Source of the DNA: Catajapyx aquilonaris
Lineage: Eukaryota
Direction of reading: 5' to 3'
Assembly (NCBI GenBank): GCA_000934665.2
Contig: JYFJ02002744.1
Coordinates: forward strand, 1-51,998
Length of the DNA: 51,998 nucleotides
In this document: positions 36,393 through 48,300 of the stretch, one piece after another
Position numbering within the stretch: the first letter of the stretch is position 1
Layout: every line of letters begins with the position of its first letter
Notes under the pieces: model-generated
Database searches by the model: none
Told to the model about the DNA's origin: nothing
The model's input: the letters and a program-made list of their open reading frames with translations, nothing else
Program-made: the position numbers and the translations under genes

Positions 36393-37277
36393 TGGTATTT
36401 GCCTATTTATGTGTTGTATTTAATTGCTGCTAAGAATTCATACAGCACATTTTATAGTGTTGTATATATGGCAAGACTGCTGCAGTATTGCTATTATAAA
36501 TTCTGCTTTTTGATGAACGTGGCCCATTTTCGAGTTAAACATAATTATATCAGCGCTATGGTGGAGAAAATAACATGTTTATCTTAATGAACCTTTCGTA
36601 GTGATACTGCAACAATTCTTAGTATTGTAGGAAAAAGGTCAGGGGTAGGATCGCACAAAATTCGAGTGAAGGTAAGTCACTCAAATTGAGAAGAATTTAT
36701 ATTCAAATGGAGTCACATAGTGCTCAAACTGATTCAGGTAATGCTCACATTTTGAGCGACATAAAAGTGCTCAAGTAAACGACTCAAATTGATTGCTTCC
36801 AATTTTAAGGTGAAGGTTGAGTGAAAAATCACTCAAATGGGGCTAAAAACCACTCAAAGAAATTTACAGATAGTTGACCCAAAAACCTACTGTGATCTTG
36901 CCGCTTTTCGCATGGTAGGGGTAAACCATACAGTTATGGGACATTTAAGAAATTTTCCAATTTCACATCGTCACATGACCCACAGTAATTACATCTGCAT
37001 TTTGATTATATTTTTTTTCTGAATCTTCAGAATGTTCTCTTTCAAGGAGCAACCGTAATTTTGAAATTTTCATTTACTGTCATTTTTGGCAATGAAAAGT
37101 CACAAAAGTACCGTAATGGGACACTTTTCACAGTTATGGGCCGCCTTTGGGACAGTGGTGGGACACCTAATTGGGGCGCTTAGAACAAACTCAAACGTGG
37201 CCCAAGTCCAAAAAGCTCAAGTTGCGATAATTCACCTGCAAGTTTGGAAGGTCATAGAAAAAAAGGGAAATCATATG

Positions 37278-37534
37278 CGAGGGTGATAGATCAGAAGGGC
37301 GTATGAGCCTGTAAGGGAATTTTATGTGAGAGGGAAATAACGTTTCATTATTTCAATATTCATTATAATTTTGTAACTTTTTTGTGCAGCACACATCTTA
37401 TCTGCATTGAAACGTGTGTGTGCTACACAAAAAAGTTGCAAAATTCTGATGAATATTGAAATAATAAAACGTTATTTCCCTCTCACGTAAAATTCCCTTA
37501 CAGGCTCATACGCCCTTCTGATCTATCACCCTCG
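37278..37534. mobile_element. mariner-type foldback MITE
   Basis: ~118-bp TIR starting CGAGGGTGATAGATCAGAAGGGCGTATGAGCC, with a ~20-nt spacer. Confidence 0.85.
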
Positions 37535-37922
37535 AATTGTCTGGATTCATATTATGTCAGATTGGCAATCATTACAGTGCAGTCTTTTTAAGATGTATTG
37601 CTACTGTAACAAAAAAACTGATTCATTGATTAAAAAATCATATGTGGCTTGCACCATAATGATCCTACAGAATCATGGCATTACACCATTGTTGACTGGG
37701 TGTAACAGACTTCAAGGGACCGCGGAAATCAGTATTGTTATAACCTAGGTTTGTTATAGCCGAATACACAAACCATAATTATGGAAATACGCCGGGACCG
37801 TCCTTTCGAGTCTGTTTTAGTCGACGCTGTTATATCTGGTTTCAGCTGTATTTATAAAATTTCCTTTGATCATTCCTCAATTTTAACAAAAATGATTTTA
37901 GCAAAAATTAATTTCGATAAAA

Positions 37923-38254
37923 GGGGAGGTGTAGATGGCCGAGATGGTAACGTCTCGGCTTGCTGAGTGAAAGGCCCCAGGTTCGATCCCCGCCTGGGGA
38001 ACTTTCCTTTCACCTGCGTCAGGAGGGTCTCTGACCTGCACCAAGGAGGTGTCTGGCAACCTAGCCTCCTGGGGAACAGCACATGACCCCTTTACCGACA
38101 TTGCACTTGCACCAATGTTCCCTCCCCAAAAATCCCTATCCCTACCCTACATCCTTGACTCCTTGCACTGGTGAATGAAGTTAATATATGAAAATGGAGT
38201 AAAATGGTGGTATTCCACCCCCCTAAAAAAGCTCCGCCTTATCACGGGGTAACG

Positions 38255-38310
<56 letters not shown>
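37923..38310 (+). mobile_element. tRNA-derived SINE family C, full length
   Basis: A box TGGCCGAGATGG, B box GGTTCGATCCC, tail CCCCCTAAAAAAGCTCC...CGGGGTA plus (AAT)n, and a 14-bp TSD TAATTTCGATAAAA (37909-22, 38311-24). Confidence 0.9.
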
Positions 38311-38314
<4 letters not shown>

Positions 38315-39579
38315 TTCGATAAAAAATTTCAAAGAAGGAAATTTTCAGCAAATATTAAAAATTCGCAAATTCACAACATAATTTTAAACATGGCAAAACT
38401 GACTGCCACACAGTTATTATTTGTCATACACAATATTATTTTGTCCATATAGAGGTGCCCCCAGAAATATATAGCTTGGATCTTCGTCGACCATTTTTAA
38501 CAGCTGGCATGGGACTTACACCAGGATTTCTCCAAGGGGTAGGCAACTCTCCTTGGAGCATTAATGACATTATGTCATTTACTGCCCAAATATCCAACTT
38601 AGGGCTTATACAATTTTTTACCAACTTGGAGCAGTTCTCTGAACGCGATGGCAGTCCTATCTCGAAAATCGCATTTTTGGACTTGGGCCACTTTTGTTCT
38701 AAGCGCCTCAATTGTAGGGACTCTATTGTTGTTTGCAGCGCTTTGGTGGTGCAGGGTGTTGCCCAGCACGGTTTCCTACTGTCTCAGCAGTTTTTCAAGT
38801 TTTGATGATCATCCCCCTTGCCTTTGTCATCTTTTGCGTGAAAGTTGCATTTACTCCAGAATTACCGAACCTGCCTGCCAAGCAAAGAATTTCTGTAGGA
38901 ACAGATGACTTTCTCACCTGAAATTCCTTCTAGTCTAGTATCATCAAAAGTTGCATAGTTGCATACCTGCATAAGGCCTGCAACAATTCCATTCCAATTT
39001 CCAAATGTGTCCTCTACCTCAGTGCGGAGTCGCCTGGGCTGTTTGAATTTTGCGCGGCCCTGCCCTCCTGCTGTGGCCTGTGACGTGTCCAGCGCGGTGT
39101 TGCCAACTCATCCTGTCTGGCAGGGAAGGAAAATTTTGGCCAGGACTGGTGCCAAGCAGTACTTTCGCACCGACACTATAGTTTCGCACGACATATGCAC
39201 ATCCTGTTCTCCTCTTCTCGCACTGGCTACATTTTCCAGGCGAGTAGAATGCTGGGACGGATGCTGGACTGACAAGCAATTTAATTCAAGTGTAAACAGT
39301 AGTTCTTGTTTTAGAACTAATCATATACAAGTACATCTGTTGAATCGGATATAAGAGCCTCGGCTGTAATGGACTTTCGGTTATAACAGACTCGAAAGGC
39401 AGATCCCGCCATACTTCCACAAGGCCTTGTGTACTTTTTCTCCTGATATAACTTCCCAATTTTCACGTCATCTCGGCTATAACATACCATTTATTTTGGC
39501 CCCTCGGTGAAAAATATGCTGTTTTTGATTACTTATCCTTTGTCCCCCACGCGAGGAAAGCATTGCATAGCCTACTGGA

Positions 39580-39926
39580 GCCTTGGGACAACAATTGGTT
39601 GGACGAATAATTCATACGTATATGATTCCGTTGCTAAGCTATGCCATTTGTCGTTTACATCTGTTTAGCTCAAGGACTGGATTTTCTTTACAAGAGAGAC
39701 TTTTTTTCCTCTTCGAGTTTTATTAAGGGATCCATACAGATTTACACCTAAAATGACAGGTAAGGCTTGTAGAAATATCACACCACATTCATCAGCTGGA
39801 AAGTCAAGTAGCAGTGAAATGATAGTGTATAATAATAGCATGTTTAAAGTATTGGGGTCCGTTTAGTTAGCCTATCACAAGTTTTGCCTGAGGCTGTTAT
39901 TTTTGTGGAGCTTTTTGAGCCCCGAT
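39580..39926 (+). repeat. ~350-bp duplicate of 42602-42973
   Basis: Nearly identical from GCCTTGGGACAACAATTGG to TTTGAGCCCCGAT, with a few small indels. Confidence 0.95.
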
Positions 39927-39970
39927 GTCAAAATCATAACTGTTCAGGTGTATTTGGCAATACCGAGATG

Positions 39971-40981
39971 CAGTGGCGTAGGGAGGGGCGGGGGGTTGGG
40001 GGGCGGGTTGTAACCCCCCTTCTGCTATTTTCAAATCTGCTATTTTAAGGTATAAAAACGCACATGCGCAAATATTGTGTGTGGTGGTTGATGTAATTTA
40101 TTCCAAATCGAAAATAACTCCACAATTTGGGGGACCGGGGATGGTGGTGGTGGTGGTGGTGGGGGGTTAATTGCGACACATAATGTGTATACTGCGAATA
40201 TGTCCGTATGTCCGCCAGACGGTCGGTCGGCCGTGCGGCCATGAGCCATTGTGTGGGTTCCAGAATATGTTCCGCAAGTCACACCACATTGCTCGCAGTC
40301 GGACGGTCGCCCAGTCGGATAATAACTCGTCGAGAAGTCGAAAATAACTGTACGGTGACCAGACACCCCGAATTTTCCGGGACAGTCCCGAATTTTCACC
40401 ATTTGTCTCGGATTTTTTCAAGGGTCATTCGGGACTCCCATTTGTCCAGGTTTCGGCCAAACTGTCACGGTTAGGGCTAGTGTTGTAAAGGCCAGGGAAA
40501 TACCGATTTATTTATAAAAACATTTTTTGCGGGGGGGGGGGGGATTCCCGTGTTTTACAAAGACCCGAATTTTTAACAGATAAAATGTATAGATTATTTT
40601 TCAAATATTTAACACATAAAATAACTACCGCTTGAGAATCTTGTAGAATCAGATTCCACCGCAGAAAAAGTCCAACAAAGCAGGTTGTTTTTCTGAGTTT
40701 TAAAATAGATTCTCATCGTGACCCATTTCTGTTTCCCATGTAATGTAATGTCGAATATGGAGTTTGACTACAATAACCTGTATTATAATTATTATCCATA
40801 CACATATTTTTCTGGTATTTATACCTTGAATATATTACGCTTTTAGTGTATTTTTCAGGCAATTCTCTAAGAGCCTGTTGGGTCATTTGCCAGTTGTAAT
40901 TATCTTGCATTTTGCTGAACTTTTCAGCATTTTCATTTAAAGAAAATAACTGGCAGATGTCAATAAACTGGATGTATGATG

Positions 40982-41058
<77 letters not shown>

Positions 41059-41562
41059 TCATACCCCGTTATCAGCCGGCGGCTCTTTAGGGGGGGGGGG
41101 GGNATCTTCCCTATTTGTTTTGACTGGAACTCTTTGCTTTAATTTTACTTTGCTTTTTGGGATAGGATAGGAATGGAAGGAAGCGGTTGTGGCCTATTAT
41201 TTAGGAAGCAATCCCGAAATTCTCCTGGGGGGACCGTGGGAAACCGCAGAAAACCACTGTTAGGATTGCCGTCCCCGGGACTCGAACCCAGGACCTCCCG
41301 ATTAGCAGTCGAACACCTTATCCACTCCACCAAACTGCTTCGGTAAACCGGATGGATATAATGTTTTGGATGATTTTGGATGTTTCAATTTTGAGCATGT
41401 TGATGAAAGGAACCAAGCAGCATGCAAACCAGTTAAAAATAAATAACTAACTGGTCAGTTACATTCACCTAATCTAGTGTGAACTTGAACAGCAAAAAAA
41501 AAAAAAATCGCCTGCGGCGGGCCTCTTCGCTCCGCCCCACAAATATCCTGGCTACGCCGCTG
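39971..41562. mobile_element. Non-autonomous hAT-like element with nested insertions
   Basis: TIR CAGTGGCGTAG / CTACGCCGCTG with a perfect 8-bp TSD CCGAGATG (39963-70, 41563-70). Confidence 0.85.
40978..41344 (-). mobile_element. tRNA-derived SINE family A, copy 3
   Basis: Same head, core and tail as 17643-18012. (TTA)n tail and a degenerate TSD TAAAC(T/C)GGATG. Confidence 0.88.
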
Positions 41563-43273
41563 CCGAGATGGCAAAAGAAAATTACAGATTTTTTGGGTCC
41601 TGCCTAAGAAATGGGTGAGCTAATTTTGCATTTTCGTGGATCATATTGTAATAATATTCCATTAAAAAAAAAATCCATTAATCAGTATGCAGTAGTGTGC
41701 ACTGCAGGCGTATGGAAAACGGAAAACTTTGCGTATTCTTGAAAAAGTGGAGTTTTGGCTATTAAACAGATCTCAGTTATTACATACTTTTTTCGCCGTC
41801 CCTGTCATATCCGGATTCAACTGTAATTATTGTATCAAATGAACGGAAATGTAGTTAGGAACTTTTCGGCATGTCAATATTTTCATTTATAGTGCAAAAT
41901 ATGCTATAAATCAGCACAATAATTTGTTAGCAATTTTATTTTGCGTTTTACGTTAAAACTATTGCTATCACAATGTTCCTCATTTCATTCCCGTTTATTT
42001 GATATGCATAAGAACACCACATGAAATAAATTGTCTGTCCTGAGCTGCTCAATTCATTGTTGCCGACAGATGTTGCAATAATATCTCCGTGGGAGATTCT
42101 TTTGGCAGTCTCCTGTGTGCGTATGCACATGTTTTTAAATATATAAATAACTTTATCAAATTCTGAGATTGCCGAGCCACCACCATATTCCCCTTCGACA
42201 TGCCATGGCCCTGCTGGAAAAGTTACTTTCCCCAAAAAGGTGGAAAATCGAGCCCAAAAAATGAAGAAATTATTCAGAGGATTATAGCAGGGTTTATAGA
42301 GGATTATAGCAGTCACGAGGGGAGAGCAGCATTGCCAAGTTGTACGCTTGCGCCGCTTTTACGTCTAGCCTACTGAGGCCTGCCACCTTTGCTGGTGGCA
42401 CTTAGAAAAACATCATTGTGGTCAATTTTCTTTCGACAAAGTTATCTGGCGGTAGGTGTGGCCTCGTAATTTAATTTACACTGGTAAAGGGGAGTCGGGC
42501 CCACCATTGAGCACGAAGAGGTAAACACCTGGTAAACAGTGTAAAAAAAACCAGAAGGTTGGTGAGACATAAGTACTTGCAAGAAAACGCATTTGGACAA
42601 TGCCTTGGGACAACAATTGGTTGGACGAATAATATTCATATTATGATTCCGTTGCTAAGCTATGCCATTTGTCGTTTACATCTGTTTAGCTCAAGGACTG
42701 GATTTTTTTTTTTTGCACGAGAAACTTTTTTTCCTCTCTGTGTTTTATTAAGGGATCCACACAGATTTACACCTAAAATGACGGGTAAGTCAGTAAGGCT
42801 TGTAGAAATATCACACCACATTCATCAGCTGGAAAGTCAAGTAGCAGTGAAAATATGATAGTGATGTATAATTATTATAGAGCGTGTTTAAAGTATTGGG
42901 GTCCGTTTCTAAGTTAGCCTATCACAAGTTTTGCCTGAGGCTGTTATTTTTGTGGAGCTTTTTGAGCCCCGATAGAGATCCCAGGTGTGGTCAATTTATA
43001 TTACGTATCATTACATTTACATTAATTCATATACAAAGAAGAGTAATCATGATTTTCTAGTATACCAACGAAATATAATAACGGAAAGATGGGTAAAATA
43101 TTCTACCTGTATAAAGTGCCTTGAGGACAACATAGCAACAATAATGTAATAAGAGAATCCCTTTCTATAGACAGAATGTGTTCATGTGCCAGTTATACTG
43201 TATAAGTTATGTTGATATTTTTTTTGTTTTGTTTTTTGCTATATGGATGTCCTTTCAATAAAATTGTGTGTAA

Positions 43274-43398
43274 GGGCCGGTTTCACCGAGCTCAGTATAT
43301 GATAAAACCAGGGTATTTCTCAAAATCCCTATCTATTTGTATGGATTTTCCTAAAGAAACCTGGTTTTATCATATACCAAGCTCGGTGAAACCGGCCC
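43274..43398. mobile_element. PIF/Harbinger (Tourist-like) MITE
   Basis: Perfect TIR GGGCCGGTTTCACCGAGCT with TAA TSD (43271-73, 43399-401). Confidence 0.92.
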
Positions 43399-43533
43399 TA
43401 AGTGTATTATGAATGTTTTTGTAGAACTGGACATAATATTTTACTTCACTTCGTTTCAAAAATGGAGGTAGTATATGAATGTATCAGGGTGGAATTATAT
43501 TTTAACATTGCACTTGCTCAGTTTGACTTTGCA

Positions 43534-43593
<60 letters not shown>
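43534..43593 (+). repeat. (GAT)n microsatellite
   Basis: About 20 GAT units. Confidence 0.95.
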
Positions 43594-43682
43594 AATAATA
43601 AGGGGCCATCCACATTACATGAGTTGCCTTCATCCTTGCCTTCATCACAAAATATAATGATTCGTTGCATGTATACTTGCAG

Positions 43683-45313
43683 GAAACGTGGTCCTGAGAA
43701 GGAAGAGGTTGTCCACGTCATGGGAATCATGCCTGATGTCGGCAGTCAAGATAATTATAAACATCACAGAAAAGAGTGGCAACAAAGGATCGTACAGTTT
43801 GATGAAGAGGGTGCAGGATATCCCATGCGATTACGCTAGTCGTTACATGCAAGAGATAGGGCTGTACCAATGGAACTGGTCTTGCAGCTACCTTCGCAGC
43901 ACATTTCATCCATTGTGCACGTGCATCAATTTCGAGCACTCGTCTCTGTCCGGACCTATGTGGCGTCAACTCTTTACCCATCTGGATGCCATGCCGCTTC
44001 TGCAAGAGTTTGTAATGGGACAGGCCCCCAAAGTGGTGGAAGACTATAACCTGGATTCCCATTTATTCTTGCACCATCTCCCTCAGCTGAGATATCTTCG
44101 GAAGGTGAAGCTACACATTGCCGCTGTGCCAGAGGTGTTAGTGCATATTGGAAAGTATTGCCCAGGATTGGAACAGCTGCATTTGAGTCGCTGCCCATGC
44201 ACCTTCTCCTGGTGGTACTTTCAAGTCCTGAAGTGTTGTCAGAAGCTACACACACTCCACTTGCACTTCTGCAGTGTGTCTGACATGGATGTGATCCAAA
44301 TCATGGAGGCCTTTCCTAAAGTTGTTTCCCTCAACATCCGGTCTGACAAAGGCAATCAACCAATGGACAGCTTGCTCCAGACATGCAGCAAACCATATCA
44401 TTTGCAAAACATATACAGGGTTCTGCAGGACTCTAATCTTCAGGACAGGCTGGTGGCAACATTCCCAAATCTGACTACTCTTAGCATACGTCAGTGTGTT
44501 GACATCAGCCTGGCTCCCCTCAATAGATTGAAGTGCCTGACTCGCCTGGGCCTTGAAGATGTGGCTCCCGAGCGGCTCTTGGAGGTCAGGAACTTTTGTA
44601 TGCCTCGTCTCACGGTTTTATTCATAAAGCAGTGCCCATCCATCAACAATGTACTTCACCGGGACCTGGACCTGACTTTTCCATTGATGTCATCTTTCAC
44701 CTTGCACGCATGCCATGATGTGGACCTGCCTGTAATGAGCTTGTTGTTCCCAAACCTGGAGGAATTTGAGGTCGTCAGCTGCACCTACTCCCCACTCATT
44801 CCCATCGGCAGTCCCGACGAGTCTATCTTTCCCTACCTGAAAGAGCTAACCATACTCAAGAGTGAAGCCCTTACCTTCCAGCATCTGAGACACATTCTTA
44901 CCTCATGTCGTGACATCGCCAAGCTGGTCATCCACGGCTGTGACTACCTGGACAACATGAATCTTCTGGAGCTCCTGGATGTGAATCCCATGAAGAATCT
45001 GCATGCGCTGTCCTTGAAGAGTCCCCGCCTGTCACGCGATACTGAAGACATCATTAATGATGTAAAATATTTTGGGGATAATCTGTGTCACGTGGACCTC
45101 TATGGAGAGCAACTGTCACAAGCTGCCCCGATAGTCACGGATGAGCGGGGTGCTGTATCAGAAAGCTCTCTGAATGAGGACGGAAAGCCCACACCTTATG
45201 ACGACATGCTCCCACCATGTGACGACATACTCCCACCATATGACGACATGTTCCCACCATATGACATGCTCCCACCATGTGACGACATGCTCCCACCATA
45301 TGACTTACGCTAA
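43683..45313 (+). CDS. Leucine-rich-repeat protein (RNI/FBXL-like LRRs) encoded by one long exon; start codon uncertain
   Basis: 1.6-kb open frame with repeated LxxLxL units (CPGLEQLHL, CQKLHTLHL, FPNLTTLSI, FPNLEEFEV, FPYLKELTI). Possible acceptor TTGCAG at 43682; first ATG at ~43733; AATAAA at ~45390. Confidence 0.8.
45194..45304 (+). repeat. 21-bp coding minisatellite, (D)DMLPP(C/Y) x5
   Basis: Units GACGACATGCTCCCACCAT(G/A)T in frame up to the stop codon. Confidence 0.95.
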
Positions 45314-45409
45314 TCAGATAAATCATCTTGGAGATAATATATTTGTACAACTACAGTGTTATGTCGTCTTATACCTCAGGCATTAAAACAATAAATTAAT
45401 GTTGTACAT

Positions 45410-47200
45410 TTATTTTATTTATTTATTTAATTTTATTTACCCCGTTGGACGGCGGAGCCCTTTTAGGGGCACACAACGCCAAAGCATGTACAATGAATAC
45501 GGCTCAGCAATTCCACGAAAATGTCAACATGACAGCCATGAAAAAAAATTTATCGTAGGAGAAAATGTTCTCTGCACGTTCAAAGGGCACAGTCCAAATA
45601 TCATTGCAGTACACAGAGACTCTCGTTTCGTAGGCCTACATGTGTGAAGGTGTGGAGACAACGTACATATGTGACTCATTTTGCATGGGTGCACAAGCTC
45701 ACTGAGGAAGCACACAAAGGAACGGCCGTCGCAATTTGCACATGTGACTTGCTGAAATGTATCCGCGCAGAATAGTTACCTACGATTATCACAGTGCAAA
45801 TGTATATGCGGAAAAACTAGATTAAATATCTCCGGAGTACGGAGTTACACGGACCAATAATCAGTCACCCCTCCCTAGAACGGGTAACGTCCGTAACGAG
45901 AACACGACAAAGTTCCTGTCACATGGAGGGTAAGTTGTCGATCGCCACCATTCTTCGTATCTAATTTTGGGTCACCCAGGGAAATGATATGATGACACAA
46001 TTTTCTGAAATTAATGTCCATTAATGGGCTAATGTGCGTTACGGACGTTAGCTGTTACGTCCGTAACGGAACTTGCTCGATATATCTAACTGCATCCAAA
46101 ACGAATAAACATGAATATGATCAAGACCACACAATGCCACCATATCGTGCCAATTAAAATGCGGCAATTAAATGCGGCAATTAAATACGGAAATGTGGCA
46201 ATGCAATATAGCAACCATCACCTCACTAAGCTCACTGAGCAGTCAACTCAGAGACTAGATGCACTGTCTATAAAGGCTTTGCAGGTTCATGAGTAGCAGG
46301 TTCATGAGTAGGTTAATTTTTCAGTATGCACAGTTTTGTATGTCATACGCATTTTTTTGTATGCCCACATTTTCATGTCATACCAAGAGCTAATGATAAT
46401 ACCCTTTTTTGTGTCACATTTTTGCATGTCATGCATATTTTAGCATGTCATGCACATTGTCTGAGCTTGCTGACATGATTGATGACGAATGTATGTTTTG
46501 GTTTAAATTATGACCCTCCATTACAAAGAACATAATTATACTGTAACCTGTTTCGTTTACCAAATCACATTAAAATACCGTATACTGTATACTGAGTTGA
46601 TGCTGTTGTTTCATATTATAATGTATGCCACGCACAGTACTTCGATTCGACTTCTAAAGCCTATTTAGTATAAGGTGTTGTTACGCCCGTGTCGATCGGG
46701 TAACGTCCGTAACGCCGGGATAACGTCCGTAACGCAGGAACATTTGTCAATTGTTGGCGAACTATGGCTGCAATTGCTCTACTAGTCAAGTCATTATACG
46801 AACACACCGTTCTTGCAATGGACCCTGTAAAAGAAAGTTCCATAACCTTACATAATTCACAGGAATTTCGTATACTTTAACCCCCCTCGTATTAGGATGT
46901 TCAAATCAGGTAACGTCCGTAACGAGCACAATAACGCGACTCTCGTGTGTATATGTAGGAGGTCGGTTCATGGTGTATATGAAAGTGGCCAACATTGACA
47001 GAAAACGGTCGGGAGGGTAGGTTGGCAAGTTGTGCAAGAAGTCGTGTCTGGGAGTTCGGAAAAAAGGACAGACATAGATAATGTGGTAGGGAGAGAATGG
47101 TTCGGTAATATTGCACCAGGAGCAGTCCTCCTCATAGTCAAAAACCAGCCTGCGCTGCGGCCCAAAAGGAAAAGACTTGGTGATCGATGACGTAAGTTGG
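45410..47200 (-). mobile_element. 3' end of an RTE-X-like LINE (CCHC domain, 3'UTR, stem-loop tail), interrupted by a ~1.1-kb insert
   Basis: Peptide CSWCNITEPFSPYHIIYVCPFFRTPR...LATFIY (46960-47130). Tail CCCCTAAAAGGGCTCCGCCGTCCAACGGGGTA plus (AAAT)n at 45410-45470. The linkage of the two parts is inferred. Confidence 0.6.
45809..46947. mobile_element. Unclassified DNA-element-like insert with a repeated TAACGTCCGTAACG motif
   Basis: Motif at ~45884, 46038 (reverse), 46056, 46701, 46721 and 46911. Flanked by the direct repeat TGTATATG (45801-08, 46948-55). Confidence 0.5.
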
Positions 47201-47949
47201 CCAACAGTCGAGTGATTTGGCCAACAGTAGAGTGATTCAATGTTGTACATTCTCTATGTCATTCCAGTAATCTTCAAAGAGTGGCCCCACATGGATCACC
47301 TCTGCATTGTATAATAAGAAAAGCGCAGCCAATCCTCCATCATCAGGCAGGATGAGTAAGAAAAGCAACAACTTCTGTACAAGGAGCTGATGTGCACACG
47401 ACTTATTGTTTGCATAAAGACACTGGGCCGAATTTTCGTATAATTTTTATTAGCCACTACTATGTTTAGAGGTTCTGACTATTATCTTAGGACGGACGGA
47501 ATTTTCGTGCTTCTGATCAGGCACTACTAAACATGGAACTGTTGGGTTAATAGAAGTGAGGTTAGAGATGGGTTAGAGACACCTCGGGGTGTCTCTAAGT
47601 CACCGCGTCACATGAGAAATGGCCTACGCGGTTCGACTTGTAGATCGCGTTCCACGCGTATTACGGGTGCCGAGGAGCTACCTGCCCCTCCTGGATCCTT
47701 TCATGAGATACAGCCATACAGGATGATACAGCATCCAACCACTTTTGTATGCCGGTCTGCATATACAGGGTGTTCCAAGTTCGTGGGTAGTTCTATTTAT
47801 CACTCATATTGCCCGAAGTAGTTATAGAGGTTATAAAGGTTATATAGTGATATAGAGGTCGCCAGGGAAAAGAACCCTGGGGCATCTTTTCTACAAAAGA
47901 CATGTTGATACTATTTGTCCAGGGATTCTCCTGGTTTTCTAGACTGCCA

Positions 47950-48300
47950 AAAATTTCTAGGCACCCCCTCCCCCCAGCATCTCCTTCACAATAGCAATGT
48001 GCTTAGAATAAGATCCACGGACCCTTCCACAAAGTGGTTTTTGCAATGACACAGCCTTTACTCCAAGGCCTTTATACCAAAGGGCCCTAATCACTGGGTT
48101 GAGTATCTCTTGTCCAGAGTGAGTTAGGCATTGAGTTGGATCTGCATACTTGATAATGAGAAACAAGAACCTGGACTGTACCATACTTGATCATCCATCC
48201 AGTCTTGACCTCCTCCAGAACCCCCAAAAAACCTTTTTCAACTCATCTTTGCCAGCCCCAGCCAGGCGGTGTCAACTCTGCCCCCTGACCAGGATTGACT
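47950..48300 (-). mobile_element. Old LINE RT C-terminal remnant (CR1/L2-like)
   Basis: Frameshifted FLGVL...W...SRFLFL...LW...V.LQK pattern. Confidence 0.35.

Larger units (their letters stand above)
33668..36871 (+). mobile_element. CACTA/EnSpm (CMC)-like element carrying decayed spliced ORF2 exons
   Basis: Ends CTCTGTAAA..TTTGAGTG and CACTCAAAG..TTTACAGA, with many TTGAGTG/CACTCAA subterminal repeats. The exon-like peptide QSYIL...YFLVLD...LLDLLIKMHHIFNI..Y (35589-35845) resembles EnSpm second-ORF proteins. Confidence 0.65.

Noticed and set aside
38436..38711. Kinase-like words (KCDF, SPKLDIWAV) on the minus strand
   Set aside because: They lie in different frames with no HRD or APE motif, and part of the region matches TE-like sequence at ~37170-37215.
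38960..39020. GNWNGIVAGL, resembling an iGluR S1 motif
   Set aside because: Isolated short match with no flanking domain or exon support.
43402..43839. 145-aa ORF with a poly-Asp tract
   Set aside because: Produced by the (GAT)n microsatellite and overlaps the LRR ORF out of frame. The poly-N/I ORFs at 17625, 38204 and 40912 are SINE tails.
45194..45304. CRISPR-like array (also 35821-36392 and 45880-46925)
   Set aside because: Tandem or irregular repeats without unique equal-length spacers, no cas genes, and a eukaryotic context.
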